Origin: Eledone cirrhosa
Taxonomy: Eukaryota
Assembly: GCA_964016885.1 (NCBI GenBank)
Contig: OZ024742.1
Location: 196,354,001-196,418,000, forward strand
DNA length: 64,000 bases
Reading direction: 5' to 3'
In this document: positions 47,205 to 60,065 of the stretch, piece after piece
Numbering within the stretch: the stretch's first letter is position 1
Layout of the letters: every line of letters begins with the position of its first letter
The notes under the pieces: generated by a model
Database searches by the model: none
What the model was told of the DNA's origin: nothing
Seen by the model: only the letters and a program-made list of their open reading frames with translations
Program-made: the position numbers and the translations under genes

Positions 47205-47610
47205 AGTTGGTGTGTATACATAAACATAAAAAATAGTTCATTTGTATATAAAAACATAAAAAATAATTGGTGTGTGTATAAACATAGAAAAAGATTGGTG
47301 TGTGTATAAACATAGAAAAAGATTGGTGTGTGTATAAACATAGAAAAAGATTGGTGTGTGTATAAACATAGAAAAAGATTGGTGTGTGTATAAACATAGA
47401 AAAAGATTGGTGTGTGTATAAACATAGAAAAAGATTGGTGTGTGTATAAACATAGAAAAAGATTGGTGTGTGTATAAACATAGAAAAAGATTGGTGTGTG
47501 TATAAACATAGAAAAAGATTGGTGTGTATATAAACATAGAAAAAGATTGGTGTGTGTATAAACATAGAAAAGGATTGGTGTGTATATAAACATAGAAAAC
47601 AGTCGGTGTA
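47205..47610. repeat. 28-bp minisatellite (ttggtgtgtgtataaacatagaaaaaga), about 12 near-perfect units with degenerate edges
   Basis: Direct reading; no spacers. Confidence 0.95.
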
Positions 47611-47699
47611 GGTATATGAACAGAGGAAATGCCTTATATGCTACTAACTAAACCATTGATCTCAGTAAACAAAGAAAAAAGACCTGCCTCTATAATCAC

Positions 47700-48005
47700 C
47701 ACAATAACAACAGCACCACCAGCAAAACTACTATGACGATTACCAACACCACCACCGCCACACACCACCACCATCATCATACACCACTACCACCACCACT
47801 ATCACACATTCCACCACCATCATCACATCCCCACCACCCACCACCATCATCATCACCACCACACACCACCACCACCACACTACCACCATCATCACACACC
47901 ACCACCACCACCATCATCATCACACACCACCACCACTACCACAATCATCACATACCACTACGCACGACTACCACAATCATCATCACTACACACCGCCACC
48001 ACCAA
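47700..48005. repeat. (CAC/CAT)n low-complexity tract
   Basis: Direct reading. Confidence 0.85.
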
Positions 48006-48599
48006 ATTATTATATACAGCATTTGTTTTCCCCTGTTTTCCCCAGTCTCTCTACAATCTCTGTCAATTCCATTCCCAAGGTGTTAGCCAACCAGAAGCTT
48101 TAGTAGAAGACACTTGCACACAATGGGCCAGAACCTAACCCATGTGGTTCTGAATCAAGCTTCTTAACTGTACGGTCATTATTCTTGACATGTGAATGGA
48201 GCCTAACCAAATGGTCAAGATGGTCAAGATGTTCACTTCGAATCATTGGGTCTCAGGTTCAATCCTATGGCATAGCTTCTTAGGGCAAATATCATTTATC
48301 ATTACCAGACCTGGGCAGATGTTGTGAGAGCGGACCTCAAATCGCTAAGACTGGCAGGGGAGATGACGAAGGAACACAAAAAAACTGGAGAGATCCCGTG
48401 CTGAGTAAGACCTGTCCAACCCATGCGAGCATGGAAAAGCGAATTTAAAAATGATGATGATGGGATGACTAATCCCTTGTGAGTGAAATCTAGGTTGGAA
48501 ACTGTTTGGAAGCCTGTCAGATGGACTGTACATGTAATTTAAAGTGCCAGCTTTGTCACACACTGAATTACGCTGAACCCCAAAAGAAAATTATATTAA

Positions 48600-48807
48600 C
48601 CCTTTGGCCTTTACATTACTCTATATTTACTATTGTATTTTTGTGGTAAAGACTTTATCTCACATAATATTGAATCTATGAAATGTTGATGTTATTTATT
48701 TTGAGAACAATACCATAACGACAGTATGAGCGACCAGTTATGGCCAGTTTGAACAGAAAGAGGTGAGAGAATTCTGGCCGGATATGGCCGGCTTAAATGC
48801 TAACAGT
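48600..48807. mobile_element. piggyBac-type MITE inserted at the TTAA of a SINE
   Basis: Flanks attatattaa|gggtatacatgtct match the empty site attgcattaagggtacacgcgtct at 50403. Confidence 0.8.
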
Positions 48808-49339
48808 TTAAGGGTATACATGTCTATGGAATGCTCAGCCACTCTCATATCAATTTCATGAGCAGGCTATTCCACTGATTAAACAATTAGGGATTAGGGA
48901 CTCATCATGGAAACCAACAGAGATCCATTCCATTCTTGACATCAAAAACATGAGGTAAAAACCCTTTGTTCTATTTACAAGTTATTCTTTAAAAACTGGA
49001 AAAAACAAACCAAAAGAAGATCAGTGTTGAGAAATGTCAGCAATTTGTCTGGTATCTAGACTGGCTAAAGGTTAAATATGGAGCTATTCTGTTTCTGTCA
49101 CACATGTCTTGGCAGATCACATGCTTTAATGGACATTTATGGACAGGAAAACATTTCAATAATAATAATGGTTTCTGATTTAGGCATAAGGCCAACAAAT
49201 TTGGGATAAAGGAAAGTCAATTAAATCAACCTCAGTTCATGACTGGTGCTTTATTTTATCAACCCTGTAAGGATGATAGGCAAAAACTGAATCACTGCTG
49301 ATCTTAGCCTAAGACCAAGCTTTAAGTACAAAGTCAGTA

Positions 49340-49930
49340 TATATCATCTTAGTGAAAGAGTGAAGAAGACATGACAAAGTCTGTATGTACCTTCACTGGT
49401 CAATGTGTAAATATGGATATCAGGTGTTACAAGTGGTAACAACAGAAAGTGTTTATGGTGATAGAAACAAACCCAAGATAATCTGAAACTTCATTATTCA
49501 AATGGACCACAGATTTGAACACAACAGATGTGATATTATAATTATGACAGAAATAACTAAAAATGTCAGATTATTGATGTTACCATCCAAAAAGATCACA
49601 AAATATATTTGAAAAAAATTGGAAAAATAAAATATTGAGAATTGAAATTGCACAAACAAGGTCAACACCACCTTACAACATCAAGATAATTCCAGTTGTC
49701 ATAAGATACCTGTTAAAGCATATATTGCAAACAAACTTTGAAGCTCAAATTGCACAAATATGATTAATAACACATAACATCAAGATAATTGCAGTTGTTA
49801 TAGTTTTGGACATTATACCATTGAGCAAATTGCTCTCCAACAAAAGACTGATCTATAGGGCAATACACATATTCAGAAGTACTGTCTGTCTAAGGTCCTT
49901 CATGAGACTCAGCAGGCAGTAGAAGATCTA
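49340..49930 (+). mobile_element. Degraded R4/Dong-like RLE fragment
   Basis: RRHDKVCMYLHWSMCK..IIQMDHRFEHNRCDII..CQIIDV..LRIEI..KIIPVVI, with stops and frameshifts. Confidence 0.7.
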
Positions 49931-51189
49931 GTAATTATCATATTTACTGTGTAAAACATAAATAATTTTCTTTTAATATTTATTTCTAATTTGGGCACAA
50001 GACAGAAATTGTGGGGAGGGTACTTTAATTTATAGTCTTCTAGAAGGAAGAAAAGCAAAGCTGACCTCAATGGAATTTGGGCTCAAAAACGGAAAACACT
50101 TGGTTGTGCAGTAGAAACTCACATGAAACTGAGAATATGATAATTCCTGCTGTCTGGATGTAAATTTTATAAAGGGAAGGAAATATATGAAACCTCAAAA
50201 TGATGGATACAGTAGGGCTGAAGGGTTAAAAGGTTTGCTTCACAATCATTAGTTTACAAGTTCAATCTCACTGTGTGACATCTTGGGGAAACCCATGCCT
50301 TGCGAGGGAAATTTGGTAGATGGAAACTGCGTGGAAGACAGTCAGATGGAATGTATCTCTAATTCAATTGGCCAAACTGTGTTACGCTGAATCTCCTTCA
50401 GAATTGCATTAAGGGTACACGCGTCTGTAGAATGCTCAGCCACTTACACAATTTAATGAGCAAGTTGTTCCATTGATACAATTGAAACATTTATTAATGA
50501 AACCGACAGCAGTGGGGATTCAAGTCAACAATGAAGAGGTTTTGAAGTCTCTAAGCAGAGGGATGTAGCTAAGTACCACAAGGTATTATTATGGCTACCT
50601 CACTGCAACCCGACAAGTGTCACTGTTGCTCTACCGATCCTGCTATTCACCAGCTTTTTCTCATGACACAATGACAATGACAAAAATGCGAAAATGACAA
50701 CAATATCATAGAAATATATGATATAATATAGGTCAGATTTCAAATCTTGAGATTATTTAATGTAGCCAAGGTCGTACACATAACATATTTCTATATTCTA
50801 ACACAATACACTTTTAAATATAACCAGAGAGTGGGGGGGGGGAGAAAGCGGGAGAAAGATGGAGAGAGAGAGATATTTTATATATATGAAAGAGAAACAG
50901 ATTATATATATCTGAGAGAGAGTGAGAATGAAGGAGATAGAGAGAGATACAGTGAGAGAAAGAGAGAGGGGGGAGAAAGAGGGGGAGAGAGAGAGAGAGA
51001 GAGAGAGAAAGAAAGACAGAGAGAGAAAGAAAGAGAAAGAGATCATATGGTTACCAAATTTAAGTTACAAATTTCCCATACAAGTGAAATATTTTGTTTG
51101 AGATAAACTTTTAAATTCAACTAACTTCTTTTGTTTAATCTAAAACAAAAACAAAGAAAAAACCCTTATCTTTTTTAGTAAAGTCTTAG

Positions 51190-51400
51190 TGAACCTTCAT
51201 GACATCAAATGTGGTGTCATTGAAGGAGGTATACTGTGTCCCCTATTGTTGGAAGTTGATTGGGTGGTGGAGAAGACTTTACAGTGAAAAGTTTGTGGAA
51301 TGCAATGGAGGTGCAGTAATAAGATACTAACTAATCTAGATTATATTGATGATATGGTAGTGGTGACAACAGAAGATATGCTATTTCATTTTGTATGTGA
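51190..51400 (+). mobile_element. Degraded LINE RT fragment
   Basis: GVIEGGILCPLLL..DWVV..GMQW..LTNLDYIDDM. Confidence 0.6.
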
Positions 51401-52295
51401 TGACAGCTACTTTTTTTTTGGGGGGGGGGGGGGGGGGGATTTAGTCAACGAGGAAAGGCCAATGCCCATGATGCTTTTTAGGGACCCCAAGATTGGGAGG
51501 ATGGAGGATTAAGGTATCCTTAGGCAAGAGACCTGATCCTGGTCCAAATGCTTACAACAGAGTGGACCCAATGGTCAAGCAGTGAAGTTACCAATCTGGG
51601 CAAAAATAATGTCTGACTGACACACACACACACAGATCACAACAAAATCATCAACATCATTATTTTATGCCTATTTTCCATGCTGGTAGGGGCTGGACAG
51701 GTTATCATAGTCTGAGACTTGAAAAGTCAGAGACATCTTACTTATACATTCCATATTTGGCATGATTTCTACACTTGGAGGCCATTTCTAATGCCAATAA
51801 CCTTACACGGTGTATTGAGTACAATTTATTTTGATACTAGCACTAATACTTCACAGAGGAGTTGACAAAGAAAAGTGATAAGTAGAGAGATGTTATGCTG
51901 AGGAGGACCCATCCAACCCATGCTAGCGTGGAAGAACGGACGTAAAAACGATGATGATATATATATATATATATATACATATATATACATACATATGTGT
52001 GTGTCATTTTACATCCACCTTCCATGCTGGCATGGGTTGGACGGGTTGTTGCAACCCAAGACCAGATGGGTCAAAACGACCTGTCTTGCTTAGAGGTTCC
52101 ATATTTGACATGGTTTCTTATAAATCATTATTTCAAAAGAAAGGAAAGTGTGAGGGTACAGATGAATGTAGGTCAGGCGTAAAGTTTCATTTTGTTTGTC
52201 TTACAACCCACTTGTCTGCACTCCTTATTTCTAACTTGCATTGCACTAGCTTTCAAAAAACATTCCTCACCACATCTCTCGATACTTCACATAAA

Positions 52296-52326
<31 letters not shown>

Positions 52327-53130
52327 AAACATAATGGGGGGGGGGGGGGGATTAGGGCCATTTTTCAAATGAAATGAGGGGAAAGTAAGTGATAATAGGT
52401 GGAGCACTTATTTCAGCATAGCTCTGCTTGTCATCTACACCACACTCCATTTCTTCTTGTTTGATAAAAAGGTCATTACCTTGAAATATCATGTATATAA
52501 GGTAAACTTATGTCTTGTTTTGCTAGTCTTATTTTACTCTAGTTTCCACTCATGTATTTCTAGCTTGCTAGTCGACAGTTTGCATGGAAAATAAATATAG
52601 AAAAACAAATAGACACAAAGGAAACTCTAAATGACTAACATTCTGTGGCGGAAAGATAATCTAGACCAATATAGAACTTGGGAGTGGTGGTGGACACAGT
52701 ATGAGAGATAAGCAAGTCAGATGCACCTGAGTGGAGGTGACATGAGGCCTGCCAGATCAAGCTTGCATTGTACCAGCTTTCCCAAAACAATCCTAACCAC
52801 AATGCTTCATATAAACTATATATATATAAAGGGTAAAGACCCCCTTTTGGTCACAAATGCCCAAGGGTTTTGCTCCTAGAAAGTTCCTCTCTGAAGCACA
52901 AGTTTTGTGGAAGACCAACAGTTGCTCATGCATACCAGTCTCATCACACAACTGATGATCCTATGAATACACAAGTGAAGCACCAGAGTAAGAAGAATCA
53001 TCAATTAGCCATAATGAAGAATGTGTGTATGTGTGTGTGCGTGTCTGTTTAAAAGGTAAATAAATAACAATGCAAATGACACAGTAGATTGAAGAGATAT
53101 ATTAGTTTAATGCTTGAAATAGCAGGAAAA

Positions 53131-53171
53131 GCATCTTAACATTTCAGACGCTGGCCTTTCATCAGAAATAG
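53131..53171 (-). ncRNA. Minimal hammerhead motif, probably decayed
   Basis: CUAUUU CUGAUGA A AGGC-cagc-GUCU GAAA UGU UA AGAUG. Confidence 0.45.
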
Positions 53172-53241
53172 AAGATAAATAGAAAGATAAAGAGTGAGAA
53201 GAGGAAGGAATGACGAGAAAATGAGAAGTACAGTATATACA

Positions 53242-54086
53242 TCTAAACTATAATAAAGTAAGGAGTGCAAGACTGCGTACGGTTTATAATTTTTTATCCC
53301 ATTAGTAAAATAAGTTGGATTACTTTGAATAAATAATGAATGAATATTACAATTTATCTACTAAATTTCATGGCTGTTGATTAAATATATTTTGTTTATT
53401 TAAAGATTCAATTCTTAAAAATTTTTGAAATGTCAACACTTCCGGTTGGCCATCGCTTAAATAAACATACTAATTTTCTCTTAATGCAGGTTATATATAA
53501 TATCGTCTTTTTTAATGTATCATGGATTACGTTACTGATTACATAAGACAGTGTAACGCAGTCTTCGTTCAATTTCTATGTATTATATATTGTCAATTAC
53601 GATTTTATTTTATGTATCATATCATCATCATCATCATCACCGTTTTACGTCCGTTCTTCCACGCTAGCATCGGTTAGACGGGTTGTCCTGTTGTGGGCAG
53701 TGTCTGGTTGGCTGACCATGCCTTGCTCATACAGGAACTGATTTTGGCTTGATTTCTACAGCTGGATGTCCTTCCTAACACCAACCTCATTTACAGTGAG
53801 TGCTGGGTGCTTTTTCGTGGTGCCTACACATCCACTTTACAGTGTGGGCTGGGTGCTTTTTTGCCGTGGCACCTCCACGACCACCTTGCAGTGGGAGGGT
53901 GTGGGGGCATATTGTCTATATGCTTCAGCTTGTACCCATGGGAGGTTGGGTACTCTGTATTACTGCGTGACGCCAGAGGTCACGGTCGTGTGTCATCGCG
54001 TTTGTCTACATGTATATATACCTGCGTATAATATACACACTACACATGCTAGCTGAAAACTACCCGAAGGGTGGTTTTTCTGCTAG
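53242..54086 (+). mobile_element. Non-autonomous Helitron with a nested RTE fragment
   Basis: a|tctaaactataataaag ... aaactaccc-gaa-gggtggttt..CTAG|t; homologous to 28927-29453. Confidence 0.85.
53621..53997 (-). mobile_element. RTE family C 3' UTR nested in the Helitron
   Basis: Matches 13013-13335. Confidence 0.9.
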
Positions 54087-54172
54087 TATATATAATAAAA
54101 AGTCAGGACCCCAACGGCTGAGCTCTTACCATTCCAACAGCTAGTTCCAGACTTTATAATATAACCATACTT

Positions 54173-55003
54173 TACTACCCCAAGTATTGAGTACTCTGTT
54201 GAGTAATGGTCTAACCAGTTTCAAACTGAATCCATCCTGATATATATATAAAATTAGTCCTTCATCAGTGATCTTCCAACCATCATTGGTATTTCTCCGC
54301 ATTAAAGATCATATACCTCTGGTTGGTGCAAGCAATAACTGAAACAAGTTATTGGGACACGTAAAATAGGGTGAAGCGAGTGAGACATGTAAACAAACAG
54401 AGATGGTAATGCAATGGACAGAGAGGAAGAGGAGAAACAAGTCCGTGATATCTGTGGACTTAAGTTCGATCAAATCATAGACGAGGAGAGACACAGACCA
54501 TCCGAGCCGAGAGAGATGTAAGCGAGAAAAGGATTTCACACAGGTCAAACGGGAGGAAGTGAGAGAGGGGGAGTAGCAGAGAGTGAGTGAGTGAAAGTGT
54601 AAGGAAGAGGCCAGCTGAGAGAGAGAGTGACTGGCAGAGGGGGTAAAACGAAGGTGAGAGATACAGAGAAAGGGGAAGCAGTAAGAAAGAAACAGACAGG
54701 TCACAGCAGAGGGAAAGTTCACAGATATCACGGACTTGTTTCTCCTCTTCCTCTCTTTCCGTTACATTACCATCTCTGTTTGTTTACATGTCTCGCTCGC
54801 TTCACCCTATTTTACGTGTCCCAATAACTTGTTTCAGTTATTGCTTGCACCAACCAGAGGTATATGATCTTTAATGCGGAGAAATACCAATGATGGTTGG
54901 AAGATCACTGATGAAGGACTAATTTTATATATATATCAGGATGGATTCAGTTTGAAACTGGTTAGACCATTACTCAACAGAGTACTCAATACTTAGGGTA
55001 GTA
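54173..55003. repeat. Long inverted repeat (about 289-bp arms, about 250-nt GA-rich spacer) with a hammerhead-like core
   Basis: 54173-54461 versus 54715-55003; CTGATGA-A-GGACT...AGTTT-GAAA-CTGG-TT at 54908-54963. Confidence 0.9.
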
Positions 55004-55012
55004 GTGTGGGTA

Positions 55013-55124
55013 ATAGGAGAAAGTATGACCCCAACGGCAGAGCTCAAGCCGTTTCAATGGCTATTTCTGGACTAGAAATAGCCGTTGAAACGCCTTCAGC
55101 TCTGCCGTCGGGGTCATACTTTCT

Positions 55125-55129
<5 letters not shown>
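55013..55129. repeat. GC-rich palindrome related to the 46.3-kb inner hairpin and the 54.10-kb half copy
   Basis: taggagaaagtatgacccc...ggggtcatactttctccta. Confidence 0.9.
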
Positions 55130-55161
<32 letters not shown>

Positions 55162-55170
<9 letters not shown>

Positions 55171-55588
55171 TAAACAAATAATGAATAAAACAATGAAACA
55201 GTTCCTTATATTAAACAAAAAAAGTTCATTATTTAACGATCGTTTCTAGGATATATATGTGTTAGAATTGGCATGCATATTCAACAGATCTATGTACAAA
55301 ATTATACAAAATTATACAAACTATCAAGATTAAATATACATACCAAACACACATATATGCCGTCTTCAGAAATATTATTTCTGAAGACGGCATATATGTG
55401 TGTTTGGTATGTATATTTAATCTTGATAGTTTGTATAATTTTGTATAATTTTGTACATAGATCTGTTGAATATGCATGCCAATTCTAACACATATATATT
55501 CTAGAAACGATCGTTAAATAATGAACTTTTTTTGTTTAATATAAGGAACTGTTTCATTGTTTTATTCATTATTTGTTTAATATTTTAT
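55162..55588. repeat. 427-bp near-perfect palindrome, 213-bp arms, 1-nt centre at 55375
   Basis: Direct reverse-complement match with one arm mismatch seen; mirror ORFs 55262..55477 (-) and 55273..55488 (+). Confidence 0.97.
55374..55522 (+). ncRNA. Type I hammerhead ribozyme candidate with a very long stem II (family H2)
   Basis: AUUAUUU CUGAAGA [116 nt, self-complementary] GAAA CGAUCG UU AAAUAAU; 7-bp stem I; palindromic loop III. Confidence 0.65.
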
Positions 55589-55719
55589 CTTGACTCTGTA
55601 TTCCGTTTATCTTTCACCGAAAGTGATTTTTCATTACATCTCTTCTTTCCATGATATCCGGAATACATTGAGTTCTTCATACGGATTGGACACTACCGTA
55701 AACTCTTGGTAGATTTATC

Positions 55720-55753
<34 letters not shown>

Positions 55754-55846
55754 CAAAGAGATATTTAATTTGTTGGTAATTCAATAAATATATTTATAAC
55801 AGATTTGAAACACTCAACAGGTTTTCTGGAGTGTAATATCAATGAT

Positions 55847-56133
55847 ATTAATAAATGGAAACTATATTTATAAAACCATATTTATTCTATTATATATATT
55901 TCAAGGGTACCAAAAACTTTGGTACGCTCATCAGATAAAATACAAAATTTGTTTTATAAATAGTGACTATCCAAATGGAACCTGAACTGTTATGGTCCGA
56001 TTCCTGGGTATGTCACTATTTATAAAACAAATTTTGTATATTATCTGATGAGAGCAAACCAAAGATTTTGGTACCCTTGAAATATATAATAGAATAAATA
56101 TGGTTTTATAAATATAGTTGCCATTTATTTAAT
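55847..56133. repeat. Palindrome with family H1 hammerhead motifs in both arms
   Basis: Arms 55847-55967 and 56012-56133; minus-strand motif at 55883-55942, plus-strand motif at 56037-56096. Confidence 0.88.
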
Positions 56134-56514
56134 CTCTCTCTCTCTCTCTCTCTCTACTATAGTCTTCCCTCCAGTATTTCTAGCTTGCATTATACCAACT
56201 TTCTCAAAACAATCCTAACCAAACATTTGATGGCAGAAGTGACAGAAAATACATGAAAAAGCTGGATATAGAACTATTGGGTGAAATAAGAGAAAAGCAA
56301 TATCTATGGAAATTGTATTTCTCCACCACCATCTCATTTCACACCCTCTCTGTCTCTCGTCCCCAATGCACCCTCTCTGTCTTTCTATTTCCCTCTTCTC
56401 CAATGCACCTCCCCCTCTCTCTTTCTACATTAGATCTTCAGTTTAAACACCCTTTCATTCCAAACCAATATATCAATAGATGAAAACACTCCCTACAATG
56501 TACATACATTGGTT

Positions 56515-56790
56515 TTATGATGGTAGTGATGGTGTAGATATATGGGGTGGTGAAGGTAGTAGTCATGGTAATGGTCAGGTCATGGTGGTGTCATAGTGAT
56601 GTTATGTTGGTGGCAGTGGTGGTAATGTGGTAATGGTGGTGATATAATGATGTTGGTGGCAGTGGTGGTGACATAGTGATGTTGGTGGTGGCAGTGGAGA
56701 TGGTGGCAGTAGTGATAGTGATGACAGTGGTGGTGGTGATGGTGGTGGCAGTAGTGATGGTAATGGTGGTGACAGTGGTGGTGATGTCAC
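56515..56790. repeat. (GGT/GAT)n low-complexity tract
   Basis: Direct reading. Confidence 0.85.
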
Positions 56791-56985
56791 ATTGTTGGGT
56801 GTGGATGAAATATAAAAAAGCTAAATAAGAAAACATTGATTTTTATCAAAAACAAAGACGAAATATGACTAAAGACTGATGGAAAATAATAGATATATTT
56901 ATTTTTATATGTTGTTATATCATCATCATCATCATCGTTTAACATCTATCTTCCACGCTAGCATGGGTTTAGATGGGAGCATGGG

Positions 56986-57017
<32 letters not shown>

Positions 57018-57102
57018 TATCATTGTTTGTTATATATTATATATCTACATTATATGTATGTGTGTGTATGTGCCTGTATGCGTCTTTGTGCCTGTGCGCG
57101 CA

Positions 57103-57145
<43 letters not shown>

Positions 57146-58879
57146 GCGTGTGCGTGTTATATGAATAAGATCTCAACACAAATGCATGCTACCTAAGGTT
57201 TCAAACCTCAACCAACAATAGTAGTGCTGGTACCATGAAAAAAGCTCCCAGTACATGGTGTAATGTGGTTGATGTTAGGAATGGCCTACACGTTTATTAT
57301 AACATATCGTACATATATACATTTGAAAATGCACGAGGCCCACACAGACAATGAGCACCAGGGTTTAACCCTGTGGCATATTGGTGTTCTGTCCAGGGGG
57401 AAGTTATGTACTCTCAATCCCTTAAAGTCACGGAAACCAAGATAAGCACCAGCTTGATGAGCCTCCAGGCTCAAGACAGACTTTAAACTTTTATAATATC
57501 ATCATCAACAATAACCATCACCATCATCAATAACAACAATAACAGTGTTTGTTCCTTCCATTCCTTATACAGCATCATGTGACCAATATTACAATAAAAT
57601 AAGTGTGTGCCATATGAGTGGAGAGAGAGATAGAGATAGAGAGGGGGGTGAGGGGGTGGGGGGAGAGAGAGAGAGAACTACTAATATTTCGAGCATGCAG
57701 CTCTTATTCAAGTATTGCTACCATTCTTTCATGTTCAACTTCACAACTCCATTATTATAGGCATGTAACCTTAACACCTGTCATACTGCATCGACAAGGG
57801 GTATATTTCTCAATTCTGGACCTGTCTAATGAATTGTGCCTGTAATACAAAGGTACAGTCTTGCCACACACTTGTGTCATGCTAATTCTCCCTCAGAGTT
57901 ACATTAAGTGTACACATGCCTGGAATACTCAGCCACTTACACTATAATACAAAATGAACTGTGTCTGTAATTTAAAGGTCCAGCTATGTTACATATTATG
58001 TCATGTTGATTCAGCTAAAGAATGTATAACATTACAAATTATTCATACAGAAATTCTCATCGAAATTTGAGTGTCTTTCTCCTCCATTTTAATGGAACTG
58101 TAAAAATATTACCAAGAATAAAATGAAATATTTCATCTGTTTGAGTCATTCAACTGTGACCAATGCTGAGACACTGCCACCACCCTCTTCAGTAGAGTTG
58201 AATACATCAACACCCAAGTATTTATTTTATCAACAGGTATTTATTTTATTGGTTTCAATCAGTGGACTGTGACCATCATAAGATACTGCTGCCACCACCC
58301 TCTAAGTTGAATATATCCAACTCCCACCACATCTCCAGTACTTATTTTATTGACTTCCAGAAGGATAAAAAGCAGAAGGGAGCCCACAAACTGAGAAAAT
58401 CAAAAGGAGTAATAAAATACCAACACATATGCTGTATAATTCTCTATCAGTGTTACATTCCACCAGTCTTATTAAATCATTTAAAATGGTGGGGAAAGAC
58501 AGTAATAGGTGCAGACCTAGCTGTGTGGTTTAGGAGTTTGCTTTGCAACCGCATGGTTTCAGGTTCCATCTTACTGCATAGTACCTTGGGCAAGTGTTTA
58601 CTATAGCCTCGAGTTAATCAATGCCTTGTCAATGAAATTTGGTGGTCTGTTTTATATGTAGAAGTGTTTGTTGGTGTGAATTGGTGTAAAAAGGACAGTA
58701 ACTCAAAGACTGGTCTTTCTCTTCAAAACCACAAATATTCCAGCTCCTATCAACTACTGACCATCTGAAATATTCTGGTGAGACCCACAATGAAATACTA
58801 CTTTTATACACACATTTTAGATTGCAGCCAGAAAAATTCTACAACTTGACTGATTCACACAAACTTGCTCTTCAACACA

Positions 58880-59090
58880 CTCAAACTTCTAGCCCCTAGA
58901 TAAGATGTTAGTCCACTGCAGGGTGAATCCCCAGCTACTGTTTCTACTCATCCTTTCTAGTTGAGTGAACAGGAGCAATGTCAAATGAAGTGTCTTTCTC
59001 ATGAACACAACACAATGTCAGGTCTCGGACTCAAACTCACAACCTTATGACTGGGAGTCAAACAATCTAACAACTAGGTCACATGCCTTT
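58880..59090 (-). mobile_element. tRNA-derived SINE, degraded
   Basis: Minus strand aaggcatgtgacctagttgttagattg...ggttgtgagtttgagtcc, resembling the 17762 head. Confidence 0.6.
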
Positions 59091-59837
59091 ACTTTCCATG
59101 TCCGAAGTCTTACCAATTATGAAAACACACAGTACCTCTCTCTATCTCTCTCACACACAGTACAAATCCCCCCCCCCACAGACACACACTATAAATCCTA
59201 CACACAGAGCATATGCCTTACACACACACACACACACACAACCACAACCTTCTAAATTTTGTAGATTCTATGTTGTTATCAACCCAATAACAGACAGTGT
59301 TTTCCAGAAATAACTTAAAAACCTCTTAATCTTTAGTAACATGATAGAGCCAATAACAGATAAAAAATAAAAATCACCAAAATAAAGAATTTAAAGGACA
59401 AAGATTGGTTAACCCTCCTAATACCAACTTCCATGAGACCACCCATACTGTAGTGTACATATTAAGATAATAATCTCCATTAAAATCTCATTGCAACATC
59501 AACAAAAGCATAAATTTCAGATGGTCAACAATATATGTTTTGCAAAATTCTTGATATGAAATCATGTGTTAAAATGTTTTTATATTTTGCAAGTGTCATG
59601 CTACCAATAAAAACACAGGCACTAGTTGAATTATACTTCAGTTTTTATTGTTAGTCAAGTATCTAACCCATTCATTGGTTGGTCTAATAACCAGATATTT
59701 CTTTATCAAAATTCTTTCATCAGACATTGTGACTTTCTCAAAGATTATTTTAGCCTCCTGTGTCCCTTCTTCATTTTGATTTTGTTTTAGTTACTCAACT
59801 GGTGCATGTGTTTTTATTGTCAGCATGTTCCTCTTAA

Positions 59838-60065
59838 CCCTTTAGCATTTTCCATTTACATTAGTCTATATATATTGTTGTATTTTCATTGTAAAGGATT
59901 TATCTCTCATAATTATCTCACGTAATATTGAATCTACAAGAGTTTGATGTTATTTATTTCGAGAACAATACCTTAACATCAGTATGAGTGGCCAGTTACA
60001 GCCAGTTTGAACAGAAAGAGGTGAGAGAATTGTGGCCAGATTTGGTCGGTTTAAATGCTAAAGGG
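59838..60065. mobile_element. piggyBac-type MITE, best-preserved copy
   Basis: TTAA TSDs at 59834 and 60066; 13-bp perfect TIR CCCTTTAGCATTT. Confidence 0.88.

Noticed and set aside
47205-47610. CRISPR-like 28-bp repeats
   Set aside because: Head-to-tail with no spacers, no cas genes, eukaryotic context
47733-48086. His/Thr/Pro-rich ORF (also 56591-56836 and the GA-rich 50747-51106)
   Set aside because: Low-complexity repeat translations
55262-55488. Twin 71-aa ORFs on opposite strands
   Set aside because: A consequence of the palindrome; no coding signal
55162-55588. All palindromes being amplification or assembly foldback artefacts
   Set aside because: Most have diverged arms, spacers or nested insertions, and belong to dispersed families; this near-perfect one still needs read-level confirmation
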